A stretch of 64,000 nucleotides of DNA from Squalus acanthias (taxonomy: Eukaryota): the NCBI GenBank assembly GCA_030390025.1, contig CM059432.1:85996001-86060000 (forward strand), read 5' to 3'. A program made the translations under genes and the position numbers. The notes beneath the pieces are model-generated. The model was given only the letters and a program-made list of their open reading frames with translations. It was not told the origin of the DNA and did not search any database. Positions 25,401-38,820 of the stretch are shown in pieces (the stretch's first letter is position 1; each line of letters begins with the position of its first letter).

Positions 25401-25589
25401 GTTTTCATCCGATTTCAAGACCATAGATGATCAGATTCCCACAAACCTGGAGCGACTTATGGGGCACATTTTGATGTGTTTAAGTGCCATTGTGATCAAT
25501 GTTATCGTGACTCCTTTTTTCCTTCTTCCAGTTATTCCCTTACTTGTTCTCTACTATTTTCTTCAAATGTTTTTCAGAGCTTCCGCCAG
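25401..25589 (+). CDS. ABCC SUR-like exon: TMD2
   Basis: ttccag|G..GCCAG|gtaagc; FSSDFKTIDDQIPTNLERLMGHILMCLSAIVINVIVTPFFLLPVIPLLVLYYFLQMFFRASA(R). Confidence 0.95.
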
Positions 25590-26582
25590 GTAAGCTTCTT
25601 GCAAGTATCCTACATGCTGAGTGATTGGCAATATTTGTGTTTAGACTTTTTTACATTTTTTTAAATTACTTTTTTTTTGTTTTTCTTCAGTGGAAATGGC
25701 AGCAGTCATTTGTGCAGGTTCTGAAAAGCATAATGTCTATAGCCTTAGATCTGTTGTTTAGGTGTATTTGAATGCTGTATATTTGTAGAAATATGGGGCC
25801 CTGCTTCAATTAGTGTTGTGCCGTCACTGCTTTCTAAATGCAGTTCATGCCACTGAATACAAATTAGCCACGTTTTGATTCCTTCATTAGTATGGCGCAG
25901 GATCTTTGAAGTACATCATAGTGAGTTGGCAATGTTCAGTGCCATGATCCTGCACTTAGCGCTGCTAAATAAGACAACTATTTTTTGGCCAGTAAACATC
26001 AACACAAATCATGCCAATTAAAGTTAGTCCGTAATGTATAATAGTTGGAAAACGAACATGGTATTTATAAGGTTAATAAATCACATTTAACAAATGTTCT
26101 TTTGGTCCTGTTGCCCACACCTGTAAAATTAAAATGCAGGTCAATTCATTTTTACACTCTTAGGAATTTCAGGAATTTTCCATAAGCAGTGGCTGGACAT
26201 TTTGGTCTGATTTTAAAGTAACAGTCCTGTTTAATTTTGATTGAAATTAAAATTAATCTTGGGTTGTAAAAAAACCAAGAATGTAATGATCCTTACCTGC
26301 AGGTAGTTTTTAATATTTTTTGTAAAGTAAAAACTGTCTTGAGTGGTGCACTGTTAATCAATTAAGGCTGGACTGACATTCCAAAGAAACTAGCAGATGT
26401 AACGAGAAAGAATGAGATGGTGGAAATGTCCTGAATCAGTTACAGTTATTTGGTGGTCTGCACTTGTTAGGATCTGTTTTGTGAAATTTGATGACTGCAG
26501 TCTCATTCTACTGTACTGGTACAGTAATAAAATACCCAAATCAGTACAGTACTGTGCATAGCAATAACTACAAATAGCAATA

Positions 26583-26962
26583 CAGGAAACTTTTGTTTAT
26601 CCGGCACCCAAATATCCGGAATTCTCGCTTAACCGGCAAAAATCATCCTCCGAAAACTCCTCTCAAATAACCGGCAATGTTGCCGAGTCGCAGTCGAGTC
26701 TCCGCGAACGCCGAGTACTCCGAAAACTCCTCTCAAATAACCGGCAATGTTGCCGATCCCGAGTCCGAGTCCGCGAACGCTGATTTAGTCAGTAGGGGTA
26801 GTTTGCAAAAGTACCCAAATACTGTATACTGCACATTTCTTGATTTATTTATTTTTCTTTGTTAAAAATAGCCTTGGTAGATATAACTCTCCGTTATCCG
26901 GTACTTTCGATAAACCGGCACCACGCCGGTCCCGTCGGTGCCGGTTAATAAAGAGTTTCCTG
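26583..26962 (+). mobile_element. Tc1/mariner (pogo/Tigger-like) MITE, copy 1
   Basis: TA|caggaaact..agtttcctg|TA; internal direct repeat ccgaaaactcctctcaaataaccggcaatgttgccga. Confidence 0.85.
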
Positions 26963-27527
26963 TACTGTGCTGACCTTTTGAAGTTAAAACAGTTGTCACT
27001 ACTGCTGATACTCCAATTAAAACTTTTTCTTTTTTAACATTTCCTTTTGCACACCTCTAATTTTTTTCCTTCCTGTCCTGAAAATTGTGATTCACCCTGG
27101 ATATGGTCTAAACATACCAGTTAGCCTTTAGTGTGAACCTGGTCAATGAGTGTAGGCAGGCAATTCAATCATGCATTGGAAGGACTCATCACATTTATAC
27201 CTGATTCTGACCTCATACTCATGCATTTTCCAGCAGGAATCACTGGATTGCAATCAGTCATGATAACCTTCACTAAATTTCTCCCCACACTCCCTCCCTC
27301 CCTTCTAGCCAGGAATGTGCTCGAGGGTAATGCCTGAGTATATAGCATTTACTCACTTTAAAATTGGTATATGCCCATTTTTTAGCTGCTTTAAACGTCG
27401 GCATACACTTGTCTCGGTCACTTTCTCGACTGGGACAAACATTTGCTGCCAGTATCGGGAGTAGGAAAGGCAGCAGCACTAGTGTAGTTAGTTGACTCTC
27501 CTTTAACAGTCATTTTCTGAGTTAGCT

Positions 27528-27970
27528 GTCAGCCTTGGCTCTGTGGTAGCACTATTGTCTCTGAACAAGAAGGTCCTGAATTCATTCTACTTCAGAGACT
27601 TAAACACATTATCCAAGCTGCCACTTCAGTACAGTGCTGAGGGAGTGCTGCACTGTCAGAAGTACTGTCTTTTGGATGAGACATTAAAGCGAGTCCTCGA
27701 ATGCCCTCTTAGGTGGACGTGAAAGATCCAATGGCACCATTCGAAGAAGAGCAGGGGAATTCTTCCGCTGTCCTGACCAATATTTACCCCTCAACCAACA
27801 TCACAAAAACATTAGTCATTATCTAATTTTTCAGCTGTGTACAAATTGACTGCCGTGTTTCCTTACATTATGGCAGTGACTACACATCAGAAGTACTTAA
27901 TTGGCTGTAAAGCCCTTTGGGATGTCTTGAGGTCATGAAAGGTGCTTCATAAATGCAAGTTCTTTCTTTA
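27528..27970 (+). mobile_element. tRNA-derived SINE (SacSINE1/DeuSINE-like)
   Basis: tRNA-like head tggctc..tggtagc, central ggtggacgtgaaagatcc..gaagaagagcagggg, L2-like tail ataaatgcaagttctttcttt; second copy at 60527. Confidence 0.75.
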
Positions 27971-28129
27971 TGCAGGAGTGGGATTCTGGCAGCATTAGCA
28001 TCTACCGTACTCCAACTCAAAATTCTGACCACGCTTTTTCCATCCCTCTCCCCCTGATTCTAGCAGCTCTCCCCTTCCCCTGGTTCTGGCCCCATTGCCC
28101 CTGTAACCTGAGAGTGGGCAGCTGTCGCT

Positions 28130-28540
28130 GTCAGAGAAATGGTGGCTGACTGTTGTCTAGTAGCTTCTGGTGGTTGGCAGCTGGTGGTGCTTGGCTGGCT
28201 GCAGGCTGGTTTGCTAGCTCCTTGTGCACAGCTCACTAGCTGAGGTTTGGCTGGCTAACTACTATTTGTGGATGGGTGGCTTCTGGTGTCTGATGTGGTG
28301 GTTGTGGCTGGCTGGCTGACTGCTAGTTGTGAATGGGTGGCTTCTGCTAATTTCTGGTGGTGGTTGGCTGGTGATGGCTAGCTAGCTTGCTATGGTTTGG
28401 TGGCAGCTGTTGGTGGATGGGTTGCTTCTAGTAACTGGTTGCTGGTTATAAATAGGTAACTTCTGGTGGCTGGCTGCTGTTGAATGCTGATTGGCTTCTG
28501 GTTGCAGGTGGTGGCTGGCTGTCTTTGGCTGGCCTTTCGG
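28130..28540. repeat. Degenerate G/T-rich low-complexity tandem repeat
   Basis: Recurrent ggtggctggct / gggtggcttct motifs. Confidence 0.6.
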
Positions 28541-30011
28541 CTCTGTATGGCTCAACTACTCACTAGAAAAACTCGGAGCCATCAGGGGAGCATACAACTA
28601 CCCTGCACCTACCTTTTATAACTGGAGATATCCTCAACTCTCAGGAACTCATCCAGCCCCCTTTTGAAGGACTGCATGAATCCATACTTGCCGCATGTTT
28701 TGGTAATGATTCCAGAAGTCAGTGACTCTCTATGAAAAGAAATACTTCCTGGCATATCATAACTCTATGTTTTCTTATTTTTACTGATGCCCTCTAGTTT
28801 TCCTATCACTTTCTAGCTCAAATCACATATCTAACAAATAGAATCTATTCCTTTCATAATTTGAAAAAGTTCAATCATATCACATCAAAATCTACACTTC
28901 TCCAATGAAAAAGCCCCCAATCCTATCCTGATAGTTAAGGGCCCTAAGACTAGGTATCATTCTGGTAGTCCTTGATGACTCTCTTGATTTTTGATATAAC
29001 TGAAAAACAACAACAACTTGCATTTATATAGTGCCTTCAACGTAGCAAAACGTTAAAGGAGAAGACGTTACTGCCACACCTGTTCAAAATCATCTTTTTC
29101 CTTTTTTTTATTGTCTGTTCTAAGAGCAGATTTTGCTAAACTCAGCCCTACTCTTTTGGAAGCTGTTTTCTTGAATGTATGCATTGCAACGTATTTCAGT
29201 ATATATATATATATTTTTTTAAGTCTACTGTAAAACACTGGAAAATCCACAAAACAGCATGTCAAAAATCAAGCCTTTTCTGGGGAGCATGACTTCACAC
29301 CTGTCTAGGGAAGAAATCCCCTGCATGATCTATAGTATGCACACTTATAAACTAGCCACTACATCAATGTTCCTTGACCAGGAATATGGAGGTCAGTTAT
29401 GGAGTGAAAACTTTTCTTTTAAAGCCACAGAATGGTAGTAATGTGGCTTAATTCATGCAATTACTTATATTGAATTAGCTTAGCCTACCTCCGTCGCTTG
29501 CTAAAAGCTAGCCCAAACGTAGCATTGGTTTGAATGCATGGCACATGCTTTTTAGCCAAGGAGCAGTGTGTTGCATGGAAGGGGAGGAATGAAACCCATC
29601 TTATAGTTATATGGGTGCTTTACTTGTGCTGGGTAGTCAGTACACTATTAATGTAACAGCAGCACTTGTTGGTATTAGAGATACCCCATTAGCATCTTTT
29701 ATGTTTATTTTTATTTGTGGAGTCTTTTGGCAAGGTGTCTTGGCATATTTGATTTGAATAGATTGTCCACAAATTCACCATCGGAGATTATATTAAGGAT
29801 GGCAAATACATTGTTATTGTGCTAGCAAAATTCACTGCTGAGACCAATAAACTTTAAGGATTTTTCAACTGACACTGATATCACCTAAAAATCCAGCTGT
29901 AAGGGAATTGGTTGTTGCATTGGATTTAACACTGGCCTTTCATCTCTTGAGGCCTGACTCAAAACCAGCATAGACAATGGAATGAAGTCTCTTCTGTCTG
30001 TTGACTGTAAG

Positions 30012-30196
30012 AGAGTGAAATTGGTCCGCGCTAGTAGCGCGTAACGTGCTCATAGCAAATCGGCAGCCCTTTTACATCGCGCCCAATTATCTTTTCTATT
30101 TACTTCAATGGAAAGAAAATCGGGCAAGTTGTTAAAAGGGGCCACCGACTCGCTATGAGTGCATTTCACACCACTGGCACAGATCAACTTTACTCT
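30012..30196. mobile_element. Small palindromic MITE, superfamily uncertain
   Basis: Ends agagtgaaattggtc / gatcaactttactct; central hairpin ttttctatttacttcaatggaaaga; similar architecture at about 5130-5310. Confidence 0.5.
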
Positions 30197-30925
30197 CGAA
30201 GTGTACTTCATTAAATGAGATTGGGCAATCTCACTCCAGCTCCTAGTGGACAGGGGCCCACAGCACAAAATTGCCCCTAATTAACATATTAAATTGACAA
30301 TCTCACTCAGACAGGTTACAGGATGTTGAGTGTGGGAAATGGAAAAATACAACACAGGGGTGTTCTTCTGAGGTTGTGAATGAGGCATATTGTTGTGGCA
30401 CAGTAGAGGAAGCTTTACTCTGCATGTAACTATGCTCTTGGAGAGCTCAATGCTAAATGCCTGAAATAGAAACTGTTCCGAATAATAACGACCCTCACCT
30501 TGATGAACACAAAAAGTCATTTTAAAAAAAGGTTGCATTTTTTAGAATCTGTTGTTAAAATATTAGCAAGTTCTTTGCTGTTGATTCTGAATTATTGATC
30601 TTTCAATATTTTTTGATATCCCTTTTCTTGCCAGTAGGAATTTGATCACACAGTTTGGCACTGAGCAGAGGGAGAGCATTTTGGAAAAAGTACAACTTTT
30701 ATGTTTAAAAAAAAAAAAATGAAAAACTTGCTATCAATGTCAACAATATCTGGAGAGTATTTAGTTGTGTGCATCTGCCTTTCCATTGAAACTTGACATA
30801 ACCTTCAAAATCGCTTAATGGAATATAAGACAATTGTGGTAGCCTGATTCAGCCATATCAAATGTAAGATGTAAAAGCAGTAGCATTTGTAAATAGGATA
30901 CTAATTGTGTCCTTAATCATTATAG

Positions 30926-31121
30926 GGAACTTCAGCGATTGGACAGCATCACCAAATCACCTGTGTTTGCACATTTTTCTGAGACGCTTGGAGGTCTGAC
31001 AACTATCAGAGCGTATAGACGTGAAGACAAGTTCTTTCAACAAATCCTTAACAAGATTGACTGTAACACTGTTGCTTATTTATATCTGAACACTGTGAAC
31101 AGGTGGCTGGGAATACGACTG
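30926..31121 (+). CDS. ABCC SUR-like exon: TMD2
   Basis: ttatag|G..CGACTG|gttagt; ELQRLDSITKSPVFAHFSETLGGLTTIRAYRREDKFFQQILNKIDCNTVAYLYLNTVNRWLGIRL. Confidence 0.95.
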
Positions 31122-31362
31122 GTTAGTTTTCAAATGAACCATATATTTTAATGATTTTTGAGAGTTTTTTTAAATTTTCATTAGTTGTGTAAGAGTCTAT
31201 ATGGAATACTTGAAAGCATTTTATTAGAAAACAAAGTTAACATTTTAAATTTTGTTTGCCAAAAGATACAATTGTTAATATAATTAAGATTTTTGTTGCC
31301 TGAGTTTGGATGAATAAGTATAGAAATGAATAGCTAATTCTAATGTCAATACTATTTTTCAG

Positions 31363-31476
31363 GATTTCATTGGAACAAGTATTGTTTTTGCTTCAGCACT
31401 CTGTTCATTATTGACAGCAACACTGGGCTACCTGCAAGCTGGGCTCGTAGGCCTTGCCATTTTATATGCCTTAAAG
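31363..31476 (+). CDS. ABCC SUR-like exon: last TMD2 helices
   Basis: tttcag|GAT..TTAAAG|gtacag; DFIGTSIVFASALCSLLTATLGYLQAGLVGLAILYALK. Confidence 0.93.
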
Positions 31477-31587
31477 GTACAGAAGAGAAAGCAAATGATA
31501 TTTATAAAAAATCTGGATAGTATGTTTGCAAAGCCAATATTATACAAAAACCTGGTGTAAGATTTTAGTTCATTTTTGACAGTCTGT

Positions 31588-31736
31588 TAATGTTCCCTCT
31601 AATTTTTTTTTGAGCGTGATACCTTTAAATATGCTGCGCAGCATGGCCGCGCATGCGCGGTATCTTCCAGCGGCAGCAACAGGTGATTAGCCTGCGCGGG
31701 ACCTCGCAATTGGTGTGCACCTTAGGGGGAATATTG
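31588..31736. mobile_element. About 150-bp hAT-type MITE
   Basis: TIRs taatgttccctctaa / ttagggggaatattg; 8-bp TSD cagtctgt / cagtctgc. Confidence 0.75.
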
Positions 31737-32907
31737 CAGTCTGCTATGAAGCCATTTGACATTTCAGGCACTGTCTTGCTTTTAAAAACAAAATCCCACA
31801 AAATTCGGATTCAAGCTATATGAACCTCCCAAATCCATTTCCCCATTTATCTTTGCCGTGGGGAATTATTTTCAGGTGCAAAAAAGTGATAACATGGCTA
31901 TGATCCATAATGACAGATAACAGAAATCAGTCGGGTAGAATAATGTATCTCATTGGTAGAATTGTTACTCAGCAGACTACAATTTGAATAAAAGTCAATA
32001 CAAAAGGAACATTTTAACATATTGTTCTCACATACCTATTTTGATCTTTCATTTTGCTTCACAAATGCCACAAAGTTCTGCTGTAGCAAGGCCATTTTTT
32101 AACACGAGTAGTTTTTTTTTCATTTCCCTTCCCCCCCCCCCCCCCCCCCCCATCCCCCCTCCCCCACTAAAAACACCCATTCAGTTATTGAGCATATATC
32201 TTTTGCTTTTACTTCCTCACCTGGTAAATTATTTCAAATGTTTATTATCCTTTGAGTGAAAAATATTTTCCAAGATTGGTTTTAAATTTACTTTTCACTA
32301 ATTTAAATTTCTATCCAGACTGTAGAACTTAAGCTCTCCAATCTTTCCTCATAGGTCAACCCCTTTACAATTGGGATCAGGATTTTTGTTCTTCTCTGCA
32401 TCCTTTCATGCATTTGTGTCACTTCTAAATTGTTAACAATTGCAGTACAGAACCTTACAGACATGGGTTTAATCGCTGCTCTGTGGTGAGTTAGCTAATC
32501 TGTGGTGATGGGGATGCTACAATCATCTTCCAGGTTATCACTAGAAGAATGAAGGTGAAAGTTAGAAGATATTTTTCACACACAGGTTAATGAGAACATG
32601 AAATGCTTTCCTGCAAGTGGCTGCTGAGACAAAGATTGTAATATCATTTAAAGGGAATTAGATAATTATTTGAAAAGGAAGCATATAAAAGGATAGCAGG
32701 GAAATGGTTAGAGTAGACAGCTCCTGCAGAAGTGTTAGCAAAGGCGTAATATGTCAAATAACCTGTTTCTCTGGTATATCATCTATAATTCTATTTTGTC
32801 AATAACCCTCTATTAAGTCACAAGAGGTGCACAAGAATACAGTGGGTGATTTTAATGAGTTCCTTATTTCAGCTTCCTTCGTTTACAGTGTATTTCTTTG
32901 TTTCCAG

Positions 32908-33040
32908 ATGTCTACTTATTTGAATTGGTGTATCCGGGAGTTTGCAGATATGGAAATGCAGATGAATGCAGTCGAGCGGGTGAATCACTACACTACCCTT
33001 CCATCTGAACAGCAGCTTCAAGAATCACAAATTGACACAG
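32908..33040 (+). CDS. ABCC SUR-like exon: end of TMD2
   Basis: ttccag|ATG..ACAG|gttcaa; MSTYLNWCIREFADMEMQMNAVERVNHYTTLPSEQQLQESQIDT; donor weak but phase-compatible. Confidence 0.88.
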
Positions 33041-35010
33041 GTTCAAACATTCTTGGCTTATTTACTTCAGTAACTTCCAATCTACTCTTGATTAGTGTTG
33101 TAAATGCATGACCTGAATTCTTTTAAATAGAAAGTTGCAAACCAAACTTAAATATGTTAGTCACATCACATTATGACATCTGTTTACAGCCTAATTGAGC
33201 TTCTCATTAGCAGTGCTTTTTCTACTCGGAGTAATGTCACTTTGTTTCATTTTGATTTCTTTCTTTTAATATTCTGGCTGAGATCAAACTTTTTAGTTCC
33301 TTTTTCCACCAATTGCCTCCCCTCCCCATCTCCTCTTTTAAAGATGTGAACTTCCTGTAGGATACAGTTCTGTGAATGCTGATAACTCAAGTGGGAATTT
33401 GACGATGACTGGTGATAGACTGTTTGACCACAGGGCATCACAACCAAGCCCAATTCTACAGTCACTTGACCTTCACAGACTGCCAACAGGGGTTGCAGAA
33501 TAGTAATCAAGAGTGCTAACCCCTGTCCAATTTTCTGCTCTCTGACTCATTTCAGTGGATTGTTCATTCAAAGAAAAATGACTTGTATAATGTCTGAAAT
33601 ACTAAAATCAGAACAATAATATATAAACATAAACTCTGCATTCACAATATCGCTGTTCATGGATCCATTTAGCTTAGAGAGGCTGTGCTTAGATACAGAC
33701 AAAATATGGAGAGAGTGCCAGTTTTAATCATCATAAATGTACAATATTTAGTTGATAAATTGAGTGTAATAAGAGGCCTCCATTGTAATGCTTAATGCTT
33801 TATTCACAGTGGCTTATGTAAATTTAATTTTACAGTGTATCACATTATTATTTGACCTAGTTCAAGTTTTATACTCGCATACTACATTATACAAAAGTTT
33901 TACTATTCCTAAAAGGCTAGTCTTAGCTCACTCTAAACATATCATATCATTGAAAGGATACATGATTTGTCTTGTGCATTTTTTTAATCATATTATTCCT
34001 ACAAAAATATTGCTGCCTTAAGTAATTGAAATCATGGAGCTATAAAGTATCTTTTACCTGGTTAAAAATTCTGCTTATTAGTTAAGTGTCATTTCATGAA
34101 GTAACATAGCTGTGAATTTCAGGAAATCCTGAAGTGCTGTCTGGTACCAATACACTGCGGCATAGAGTGGTTTCTTAGTTGGATAATTGGGAGAAGATGC
34201 TGAATGAAAATCCTTGGCTTTAGAGAGGGAAAAGCCAGAAGCACCTCCGAACTCTTCCAAGTAGCCAGTTATAGAGCAGAATTAGTGGAAACTAGAAAAT
34301 AAATCCTCTTTCCTTCCTCGTTCCACAAGAAGGCCCCCAAGGAGGAGAGAGAGAAAAGAATTGCTGAATACTGGGCGGGAAGAGCAAAATTACTTTCTAA
34401 TAATATTCAAATGGTATTTTCAGAAAGATAGTATTTGGTTTTATTCCTCCCCTGTTTGGCATAGACTTGACTCTGACCTTACAGTCGATGAAAAACTGCA
34501 CGCAAGCCCTCCAATGTTGCTGTATAACTGACCTGTGTGAATAGAGAAAGTTGATTTCACTCCTCACAGTGGAACCACCTCCCAGCTGGCTCAGATCTGA
34601 TCTGATCTCTTCCTGAAGATCGCAATGCTGATTGAGACCAGAGTCCTACCACTCTATCCAGCAATGTTTCACTAAAACAGATTATCTGGTCGTTATTACA
34701 TTGCTGTTTGTGGGAGTTTGCTTGTTTCCTACATTACAACAGTGACTACACTTCAAAAGTACTTAATTGGCTGTAAAGTGGTTTGGGACATCCTAAGGTC
34801 ATGAAAGGCACTGTAGAAATGCAAGTCTTTCTTTTCAATGTGTTACCACACTTGCATGCTCTGACACTTTTGCATACAATTTTACTTGTTTTTTTTATTT
34901 TAATTGAAAAAAGTCTTCCATTTACTAAAAATTGTACAAATAGTAATTCCTTTCTGTAACTTAAGTATTTGATTATTCATCAGAATTTTTTTTGGTAAAT
35001 TTTCCTCCAG

Positions 35011-35214
35011 GTTCAAATCTTACCAACTGGCCACACTCTGGAGAGATAGAGTTTAATGAGGTCAGTGTACGATATGATAAGAAACTTGATCCTGTCCTCC
35101 ACAAACTGACACTAAAAGTTAACCCTGGAACAAGAGTTGGAATCTGTGGGCGAACAGGAAGTGGAAAGTCAACCCTGACATTAGCCCTTCTGAGAATTAT
35201 TGACAATTTTGAAG
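35011..35214 (+). CDS. ABCC SUR-like exon: NBD2 Walker A
   Basis: ctccag|GT..GAAG|gtttgt; SNLTNWPHSGEIEFNEVSVRYDKKLDPVLHKLTLKVNPGTRVGICGRTGSGKSTLTLALLRIIDNFE. Confidence 0.93.
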
Positions 35215-35499
35215 GTTTGTGTTTCTTCACTAAAAGTATTTTATGTTGAAAGCTTAGAGGTGGGTGGTTTTTAGCATATAGAAAAGATATGTTCTAACAA
35301 AATTGAAATGTGGAAATATGACAATCAAGTGCAGATATTTGCATAATTTACATCTGTCACTAATATTTGTAAACTATACAGTTTTGTACGAGATGAATGA
35401 TTTATTTAAAACATCACAATTATGAGACATAAAGTGAAATCTGTCTTAAAGACCACTTGTATAGTGAAATATGTCTGATACTGTTTTCTCATAATGGGG

Positions 35500-35521
35500 G
35501 GTGTGTGTGTGTGTGTGTGTG
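35500..35521. repeat. (GT)n microsatellite
   Basis: About 10 GT units. Confidence 0.9.
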
Positions 35522-35560
35522 AGACAAATGCTGCAAATCAGAAGTAAAAATAGGCAAGTA

Positions 35561-35958
35561 CAGGAAACTCTTTGGTATCCGGCACCGACGGGACTGGCGT
35601 GGTGCCGGTTGATCAAAAGTTCCGGATAACGGAGAGTTATATCTACCGAGGCTATTTTTAACAAACAAAAATCAGACTCCTGTTACTGCCGTGTTCGGAC
35701 TTCCGACAGCGCCAGGAGGCCGAGTAGTGGCACTTTGGAGAACTACCCCCACTGACTAACTCGGCGTTCACGGGAGACTCGGACTCGGCAACATTGCCGG
35801 TTATTTGAGAGGAGTTTTCGGAGTACTCGGCGTTCGCGGAGACTCGACTGCGACTCGGCAACATTGCCGGTTATTTGAGAGGAGTTTTCGGAGTATGATT
35901 TTTGCCGGTTAAGAGAGAATTCCGGATATTTAGGTGCCGGTTAAACAAGAGTTTCCTG
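35561..35958 (-). mobile_element. Tc1/mariner (pogo/Tigger-like) MITE, copy 2, inverted relative to copy 1
   Basis: TA|caggaaactc..gagtttcctg|TA; reverse complement of 26583-26962 over both ends. Confidence 0.85.
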
Positions 35959-35994
35959 TATGTTCTGTGGGTGGGATAAAATGTGACATGGTCG

Positions 35995-36720
35995 AAGTTG
36001 AAATAGACCTTGGGGTATTATTTGAGTCGTCTACCATTGTGACAAACAATGCAAGTTAATAGTAAACAGAGAAATAGGGATGCTGGTTTATGTTCCCAAA
36101 TCAGGATAAGTTTAAGTGTGCAGAAGTTATGCTGAAGAAGTATAGTACATTATGAGAAAACAGTATATCAAACAGACATATTTTATGGGGTTGGCAACCT
36201 GGGCACTGTCTGCACTAATATATTACAGTAAAAATACAGTATTAAAGTACTTTAACATGTTGGGATTTACACTATAGTACAATAGTTGGGCCCGACCTGG
36301 AGTTCTGCGCGCACTTCTCATTACTGATACGTGAGAGAGCCATCCAGACATTAGAGGCGTGGAAGAAAAGAGCAGCAAAGCTGATCCCTAGTGTCTAACA
36401 GAAACATTATGGGGAGCATGACTTGATAGGTTGAGACTCTTCGGTCTTGCAAACAGATGTCTCAGAGGGAACATGATAGAGATTTGTAAGATACTTAACA
36501 AGATAGAGAAATTAAACAATACTTGCAGATACTACAGAGTAGCAGGACAGACAGCACAGGTTCAGGTTTGTTGAGAAATTTGAGCAAAATGTTTAGAAGG
36601 TGTTTCTTTACACAGGGAGTCATCAACAGCTGGAACTGGTTGCCAGGAAGAGTGGTTTAAGCCATTTGAGGAATGGCTAGATGCAGTAAGGAAAAGATAG
36701 TTAGTTGGTATTCAAGAAAG
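35995..36720 (+). mobile_element. Old, highly degenerate CR1 3' fragment
   Basis: Remnants DLGVL, RGNMIEICKIL, FFTQ..NSWN.LP. Confidence 0.55.
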
Positions 36721-38174
36721 GAAAGATCAAATAGACTGAAGACGAGTCTTGGCTGTGTGCTCTAAATGGGTGGCTGCAGGAGACCACATTTGAAGTGAAT
36801 TCCAGAAAACAACATAAAGGCAGTTAGGTACCATAAACAACCTGAAAATGGCATGTCAAAGATGTCAAAAAGCTTGTCTGTAATTCTACATTGTATCATG
36901 GAGGAGTTCTTAAGCTCAATCCAAATTTAGACTTTGGTCATTACATATTGACTTTGATATTCTGTTTATAAGGTGACCCAGATAGAAGATGACCCCTGCA
37001 ACTTCCAGCAAAAAGCCCCTTAACCAAGAGCATCACTACCGTCAAAATCAGATTCAAATTTCAGCTGCAATTCTGCAGAAGCACTTATTATAATAAGCTC
37101 TCCCCCCTTCATTTTCGCTGCCCTCTTCCTGGCTCCCAATCTCTCTCTGCACTGTTTCTAGCAACTGATCTCTCGCTCACCTCTTGGCTCACTCAGTCTA
37201 CTGCTTCCTGTTTATGTTGGTGCACAGCAGAGTCAGTGCTTGAAACAATCAACAGAAGCATTACAATCAAATTGCCACTTTCTCTGGAGCAATCCCATAC
37301 ATCACTGTGGCAAGTAGAAAGCATGGGTGCTGGAGAGACAGCTGACAAGTGAAGAATCCATAACGGACACAAGAGCAGGAGGAGATGAGCACACGCTCCA
37401 AGAGTGAGCTGCAGTACCATCCGCCATATTGATTTGCATATAAGACAACCCTCCACTTCCAACCCCCGTTAACCTAAATTACATGTCTTGATACTTGAGT
37501 AAATACAATTAGTGCAGCATGAGGCATTGTAATGTGACTTCTAGATCTTCCTTATTAGAGCAATTGTTCAAAAATCAGAATTCATATTTCTGACAAACTG
37601 ACCAGAATCCAAACTCTTGAGCCCAATTTAGCCAAATTTACCTAATCTTATATAGATTTTTATATTATACTTTGGGTCAGCTATGATGTCCTTGGTAAGA
37701 ATTCAAGTTAAACTAATATTATCAATAGCTGTTAAATCAAAAGTGCATCACATATTACACAACAACTAATTCCTTTTTGAAAGTTAGTATTGAATCTGCT
37801 TCCACCACCCCTTCGGGCAGTGCATTCCAGAGCATAACAATTGGCTGCTTAAAAAAAAAATTCTCCTCATCTACCCTCTGGTTCTTTTGCCAATTATCTT
37901 AAATCTGGATCCTCTGGTTACTGACCCTCCTGGCAGTGGAAACTGTTTCTCCTTATATACTCTACAAAAAAAAAGCCCCTCAATTTTGAACACCTCTATT
38001 AAATCTCCCCTTAACCTTACATAGGATACACGGCACAGAAACAGGCCATTCGGCCCAACCGGTCCATGCTCCACTCAAGCCTCCTCCCGTTTTTCCTCAT
38101 CTAAATCTATCAGCATAACCCTCTATTCCCTTCTCCCTCATAGGTTTGTCCAGCCTCCCCTTAAATGCATCTAA

Positions 38175-38820
38175 GCTGGCCTTCATAGCAAAAGGGTTGG
38201 AATACAGGAACAGGGATACCTTGCTGCAGCTGTACAGGGCACTGGTGAGACCACACCTCGAGTACTGTGTACAGTTTTGGTCGCCTCATCTGAGGAAAGA
38301 TGTTCTTGCCATGGAGGGGGTGCAGCGGCGATTCACCAGGCTGATACCAGGAATGGCGGGATTGACCTATGAGGAGAGACTATGTAGTTTAGGGATGTAC
38401 ACACTGGAGTTTAGAAGATTGAGAGGGGACCTCATAGAAGTGTATAAAATTCTGACAGGTCTAGACAGACTAGATGCAGAAGGAATGTTTCCCTTGGCGG
38501 GTGAGAACAGAACTAGAGGACATAATTTAAGGATAAGGGCTAAACCATTTAGGACAGAAATGAGGGGGAATTTCTTCACTCAGAGGATGGTGAACCTGTG
38601 GAACTCATTGCCACAGAGGGCAGTGTACGCCAGCTCATTAAATATATTTAAGAGGGAATTAGATATATTTCTACAGGCAAAAGGGGTTAAGGGTTACGGA
38701 GAGAAGGCGGGGACGGGATACTGAATTGGAGGATCAGCCATGATCTCATTAAATGGCGGAGCAGGCTCGAAGGGCCGGATGGCCTACTCCTGCTCCTATC
38801 TTCTATGTATCTATGTATCT
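38175..38820 (+). mobile_element. CR1 3' fragment
   Basis: Open ORF AFIAKGLEYRN..GEKAGTGY; tail ctatgtatctatgtatct. Confidence 0.9.
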
